A stretch of DNA of 16,625 nucleotides. Origin: a virus. Taxonomy: Duplodnaviria; Heunggongvirae; Uroviricota; Caudoviricetes. Shown here piece after piece: positions 14,694 to 16,625 of the stretch (within the stretch, counting starts at the first letter, position 1; each line of letters starts with the position of its first letter). Position numbers and translations under genes: made by a program. Below the pieces are notes generated by a model, which was not told the DNA's origin, ran no database searches, and saw only the letters and a program-made list of their open reading frames with translations. The DNA lies in the IMG/VR virus record IMGVR_UViG_2778261459_000008; one strand, written 5' to 3'.

Positions 14694-16338
14694 GTACGCA
14701 GAAGGCGTAAAAAACGGCAAAATTACGGCCTGTAAACGACTGAAACAGGCCGTTAAACGGTATTTTTCTGACCTTGAAAACTCCCTTTACACGTTCGATC
14801 CGGAGGTCGTGGAGCGGTTTATTGCCTTTTCCCGGGTGTGTCCGCACGTAAAAGGCGCAATGCGCGGTAGTCCCATTGAACTGGAGCCGTGGCAGCAGTT
14901 CGCCTTTGCCTGCATCCTGGGCTTTAAGGTTAAGGCCACCGGACGGCGCAAATACACCAGCGCATTCATTGAAGTACCGCGAAAAAATGCCAAATCCACG
15001 GTCGCCGCTATCCTGGCTAACTGGTTTCTGGTTATGGAAAACGGGCAGCAGGATATTTACACCGCCGCCGTGAGTCGTGATCAGGCGCGGATCGTGTTTG
15101 ATGATGCGCGTCAGATGTGCCTTTTATCCCGACCGTTACGAAAGCGGGTAAATATTCAGGCGCACAAGGTGATACACCCGAAAACCAACAGCCTGTTAAA
15201 GCCACTGGCAGCAAAAGCGGCAACCATTGAGGGGACAAACCCGAGTCTTGCCATTGTGGATGAATATCACCTGCACCCAGACAACGGGGTTTATTCCGCA
15301 CTTGAGCTGGGGATGGGGGCGCGTCCGGAGGGGCTGTTATTTGCCATCACCACATCGGGGAGCAACGTTGTTTCAGCCTGTAAACAACACTATGACTATT
15401 GCTGTCAGATACTGGATGGTGAAGAGATGAACGAATCCATGTTCGTTCTGATTTACGAGCTGGATGATGAAAGCGAGGTTGACGATCCGGCGATGTGGAT
15501 AAAGGCGAATCCAAATATCGATGTTTCCGTCGATCGTGAAAAACTGGCCTCAACCATCCAGAAAGCGCGGGGTATTCCGTCGCAGTGGGTGGAAATGCTC
15601 ACCAAGCGATTCAATATCTGGTGTCAGGGGGCTACGCCGTGGATGGGTAACGGTGCATGGGCGGAGTGCGCCGGAACGTTCGCGGAGGCGGATTTATACG
15701 GGCAGGAGTGCTACGCGGGGCTGGACTTATCATCAACCAGCGATATTTCCAGCGTGTGCTATGCCTTTCCGGTCGGTAAAAAGATTATGCTGGTTTCCCG
15801 TCACTATCTGCCGGAATTTCAGCTACAGAACCCCGCCAATAAAAACCGCGCCATCTATCGCCAGTGGGTAAAGGCGGGCTGGATACGCACAACACCGGGT
15901 GACTGCATTGATTATGACCGTATCCGTGATGACATCATGGCGGATGCAGAGAATTTCAATATCAGGCTGGTGGGCTTCGATACATGGAACGCCACGCACC
16001 TGAGGACGCAGCTACAGGGGGCAGGATTTGAGGTGGAGCCGTTCCCGCAAACATACCTTCGTTTCAGTCCGGCGGCGAAATCGTTCGAAGTTTTTGTTAA
16101 CCGGAAGGTGATTGTGCATCGTGGTGATCCGGTGCTGGCCTGGTCAATGAGTAATGTTGTGATGCAGAGTGACGCGAACGCCAATATCAAGCCGAACAAG
16201 AAAAAATCATCCAACAAGATAGACCCGAGCGTTGCGGCGCTGATGGCGTTTGGCACATTCCAGGCAGAGCATGAGGAATTTGCATTTGATATGAGCGACA
16301 GCCACAAAGAGCGACTTGCGGCGTTTGATGGGGTATGA
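14677..16338 (+). CDS. terminase large subunit (ATPase/nuclease)
   Basis: 553 aa; apparent TTG start at 14677 with AAGAGG 6 nt upstream (no in-frame ATG/GTG until about residue 61); Walker A-like VPRKNAKST; acidic nuclease-domain motifs; 16-nt overlap with TerS. Confidence 0.85.
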   Translation: MTAWHEYAEGVKNGKITACKRLKQAVKRYFSDLENSLYTFDPEVVERFIAFSRVCPHVKGAMRGSPIELEPWQQFAFACILGFKVKATGRRKYTSAFIEVPRKNAKSTVAAILANWFLVMENGQQDIYTAAVSRDQARIVFDDARQMCLLSRPLRKRVNIQAHKVIHPKTNSLLKPLAAKAATIEGTNPSLAIVDEYHLHPDNGVYSALELGMGARPEGLLFAITTSGSNVVSACKQHYDYCCQILDGEEMNESMFVLIYELDDESEVDDPAMWIKANPNIDVSVDREKLASTIQKARGIPSQWVEMLTKRFNIWCQGATPWMGNGAWAECAGTFAEADLYGQECYAGLDLSSTSDISSVCYAFPVGKKIMLVSRHYLPEFQLQNPANKNRAIYRQWVKAGWIRTTPGDCIDYDRIRDDIMADAENFNIRLVGFDTWNATHLRTQLQGAGFEVEPFPQTYLRFSPAAKSFEVFVNRKVIVHRGDPVLAWSMSNVVMQSDANANIKPNKKKSSNKIDPSVAALMAFGTFQAEHEEFAFDMSDSHKERLAAFDGV

Positions 16339-16625
16339 CGAGAATGACTGAAACTGATCTACTAAAAATAATTCGCCGCATTACCGGAATCAGTCAGCAG
16401 CCTGACGAACAGGCTACACAGCCGGACAGCGTGATAGCCGAAAATTACGCGCGTGTGGTGGCTGAGGTGATGCGCCGTGACGGTATTGAGCTTAACGGCG
16501 TGGATATGCGCAACATACGAACCAGAGTCCTTGAGTTGCTGGCATACCGTCGCCGTTCTCAACAACGGAGGGAGAGCGCGAAAAATACTTACCAGTGGAA
16601 GAAGCCGGAACGACTGCGGCGGTAA
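16335..16625 (+). CDS. hypothetical protein, 96 aa, downstream of TerL (possibly a head-completion/packaging accessory protein)
   Basis: ATG at 16335 overlapping the TerL stop (ATGA); stop at 16623-16625; no recognisable motif. Confidence 0.5.
   Translation: MTRMTETDLLKIIRRITGISQQPDEQATQPDSVIAENYARVVAEVMRRDGIELNGVDMRNIRTRVLELLAYRRRSQQRRESAKNTYQWKKPERLRR

Noticed and set aside
12789-14720. Multiple minus-strand ORFs (68-165 aa) across portal, HNH and TerS
   Set aside because: All antisense to a tightly packed, overlapping plus-strand operon with recognisable products.
15912-16307. 131-aa minus-strand ORF inside TerL
   Set aside because: Antisense shadow ORF within the terminase large subunit gene.

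Overview
This window looks like an Escherichia/Shigella-type chromosome segment (calls rest on reading the translations and on recalled synteny; no searches were run). Positions 1-237 are the right end of an IS1 copy. Positions 238-2470 are the conserved envR(acrS)-yhdU-yhdJ block, ending in what appears to be the last codons of fis. From about 2488 to the window end lies an integrase-bearing mobile island organised like a phage satellite of the capsid-forming PICI type: tyrosine integrase, AT-rich cargo gene, AlpA-family regulator, a divergent small-gene switch with a perfect palindrome, a RepA-like replication helicase followed by iterons, a second AT-rich cargo locus, and a complete HK97-type head/packaging module (major capsid, prohead protease, portal, head-tail connector, HNH endonuclease, TerS, TerL). 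No tail, lysis, tRNA or CRISPR features were seen. The best candidates for an undescribed system are the AT-rich cargo genes, above all the 414-aa gene at 8821-10065 with its convergent 79-aa neighbour, then the 280-aa gene coupled to the integrase and the RHH/Cys-rich pair.
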